DNA of 64,000 bases. Origin: Scyliorhinus canicula. Taxonomy: Eukaryota. Location: positions 41,453,810 to 41,517,809 of the forward strand of contig NC_052152.1 of NCBI RefSeq assembly GCF_902713615.1, read 5' to 3'. The notes beneath the pieces are model-generated. The model was not told where the DNA came from, searched no databases, and worked only from the letters and a program-made list of their open reading frames with translations. Made by a program: the position numbers and the translations under genes. Shown in pieces: positions 61,953 through 64,000 of the stretch (its first letter is position 1; each line of letters begins with the position of its first letter).

Positions 61953-62175
61953 GTTTTTAAAAATAAATTTAGAGCATCCATTTTTTTTTCAATTAAGGAG
62001 CAATTTAGTGTGCCCAATCCACCTAACCTGCTCATCTTTGTGTTGTGGAGGTGAAACCCACGCAGACACGGGGAGAATGTGCAAACTCCACACAGACAGT
62101 GACCCGGGTCTGGGATCGAACCCGGGTCCTCAGTGCCGTAGTCCCAGTGCCAACCTCTGTGCCACGTGCCGCCCC
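61953..62175 (-). mobile_element. Short V-SINE variant in intron 3
   Basis: Reverse complement of the 11217 family. Confidence 0.85.
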
Positions 62176-62871
62176 CAAGTTGGGTTTATGTGTTGTTTAT
62201 TAAGTTGATCCACAACCACAAAAAAAATTAAGAAATTAATATGGGGATGTTAGCACCTCATGTCTACGAGACAATTAAATGGAGTGGGAGGAGCGAGTGA
62301 AGATCCATTTCACAAGTTGAGGTAAAAGTGCATTAATAGGACTCTTTCATCACCTTGGCCTGGAGGCCGGTGGGGAGCCTGCAGCACCTATCCCAAGAAC
62401 AAGAAACAAGCCTGAAGAGTGAAAAGGTTTTCCAGGTCCCACCACGTAAGTGTGTAGGCCTCACCAGCCTCGAGTCACACTCTTCACAAATCACAGCCTG
62501 CTTTCTTTCCTCCGCAAAAACTGGCATCTACCCTGGGCCTCGTCCTGTCTCACTCTCCACAAATTCCCACTGACTAAAGGGCAGTATTTCATCAACTATC
62601 CATTATGCTTATAAACCTCGGGCCTGTTCCAGGGGTTAATTAAAATTTAATTTGTTTGCTTGAGAGCATTCTAAAATCTTGCTTGATAGCTTCATGTTCA
62701 GTTACTGCTTCTCAAGCACAATTATTTTCATGTTCTTAACTGAAACAATATAAACAAGAACAGTAACATTTACTTGATTTCAGAAGAAATGTATTAGATT
62801 GGTTATCAGATGACCGGATGTTGTTGAAGCCATTAATTCAAAAACCTTCTTGTTATGTGTTTTTATTGCAG

Positions 62872-62961
62872 ATAGTGTATATATATGGGTGGTGGTCGCT
62901 TCTGTGTGTGTAATTCTAGTAACTGGGGTTGTCTATTTACTAATAAAGTGTTCAAGAAAAG
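62872..62961 (+). CDS. Exon 4: transmembrane segment and start of cytoplasmic tail
   Basis: Acceptor TTTTTATTGCAG|AT, donor AAAAG|GTAAGA. DSVYIWVVVASVCVILVTGVVYLLIKCSRK: hydrophobic stretch followed by a basic stop-transfer. Confidence 0.9.
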
Positions 62962-63242
62962 GTAAGATCCAGATTATTCAAATAATTAAAGTTTGGCATA
63001 TGTGGAAATTAAGTCAGTATTACTCTTTGCACAATTTAATCCAGGTTCCAGTAAGTGGATCTATGAAGGCATTGAATTGAATTAATGCACTTCCATAGTC
63101 AACCTTCAGTCTAACTGTGTTACTTGTACAACTGATAGGGTGTAGTGGGTACGAGCACTATCTTCTCATGTCCTAAACTAATATTCTCAACCCCGTTCCG
63201 ACTGGACATCATCCCACAGTATGAAGGTGGCCTTTATTCCCA

Positions 63243-63435
63243 GGGGCTGGTTTAGCTCACTCGGCTAAATCGCTGGCTTTTAAAACAGACCAAGACAGGC
63301 CAGCAGCACGGTTTGATTCCCGTACCAGCCTCCCCGGACAGGTGCTGGAATGTGGTGACTAGGGGCTTTTCACAGTAACTTAATTGAAGCCTACTCGTGA
63401 CAATAAGCAATTTTCATTTTCATTTCATTTCATTC
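63243..63435 (+). mobile_element. Full-length short tRNA-derived SINE (GTGACAATAA-tail family)
   Basis: GGGGCTGGTTTAGCTCA A box, GGTTTGATTCCC B box and (TTTCA)n tail. Confidence 0.9.
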
Positions 63436-63640
63436 AGTGAATGGCTGTCTGCTGTCGGAATTGGAAAATGTCACAATGCAGCAGTGGGAATACTCGTGTA
63501 GCATTGGATTAAAACACAAGCAGTGTAGAATTTATTCTGTATGTCCAATGTTATAATATAACAAAGGAGTACTTCGGACCAAAATTGGCTTCATCTTGAC
63601 GGACACATAATTCATAAAACTGATATTTTAAACAGCATAA

Positions 63641-63785
63641 GTGGCCGTACCTTCAGCTGTCTTGCTCCTGAGCTCTGGAGTTTCCTCTTTATCTTCCTTT
63701 CCTTCTTTAAGATGCTCCTTAAATTGACTTTTTTGATGAAGCTTTTTGACATTCTGCCCTAATATTGCCTTCTTGAGTCGCAAAT
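63641..63785 (+). mobile_element. L2 LINE 3' tail fragment
   Basis: GGCCGTACCTTCAGCTG...CTCTGGAGTTTCC...TTTAAGATGCTCCTTAAA is typical of L2 ends. Confidence 0.6.
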
Positions 63786-63794
63786 AGTTGGTTT

Positions 63795-64000
63795 ACAGGT
63801 GCAACAGATGATTAATAAAACGATTGCAGTTTTGTCCTTCATTGCGAGAGAGATGGAGTTTAAGACTAGGGAGGTTATGTTGCAACTGTATGCGGTGTTA
63901 GTAAGGTCACACCTGGAGTATTGTGTCCAGTTTTGGTCTCCTTACCTGAGAAAGGACGTACTGGTGCTGGAGGGTGTGCAGAGGAGATTCATTAGGTTAA
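63795..64000 (+). mobile_element. CR1 ORF2 fragment running off the window
   Basis: LQLYAVLVRSHLEYCVQFWSPYLRKDVLVLEGVQRRFIR. Confidence 0.9.

Noticed and set aside
59000-63000. V(D)J recombination signal sequences around the V exon
   Set aside because: By eye, no CACAGTG with a 12/23 spacer and ACAAAAACC was found. CACAGTG hits elsewhere lie in SINEs or lack a nonamer.
1105-63435. tRNA genes suggested by A/B boxes
   Set aside because: All are SINE heads followed by SINE cores and tails; none forms a complete standalone tRNA.

Overview
Repeat-dense vertebrate DNA from a cartilaginous fish, most likely a catshark (inferred from the HE1/V-SINE, DeuSINE, CR1, Rex-Babar, Penelope and GC-rich Harbinger-type MITE content). 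Most of the window is nested, decayed transposable elements, plus two large tandem arrays (a 19-bp minisatellite of ~2.1 kb and a ~3-kb GAGCCT/GAGAGCCT satellite containing two N gaps). The only well-supported host gene is on the + strand at 59346-62961 and continues beyond that point. It has four GT-AG, phase-1 exons in one uninterrupted frame, encoding leader, germline-joined VJ-type Ig V domain, C1-set Ig domain and an uncharged transmembrane segment. No recombination signal sequences were seen, so it looks like a non-rearranging antigen-receptor-like V-C1 receptor. Its V domain has lost both canonical cysteines (B-strand Ser, F-strand Tyr) but carries a CD28H/TMIGD2-like C-x14-C pair and a CD28/CTLA-4-like PPP in the FG loop. 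Family names were assigned by eye and from recalled motifs; no database search was run.
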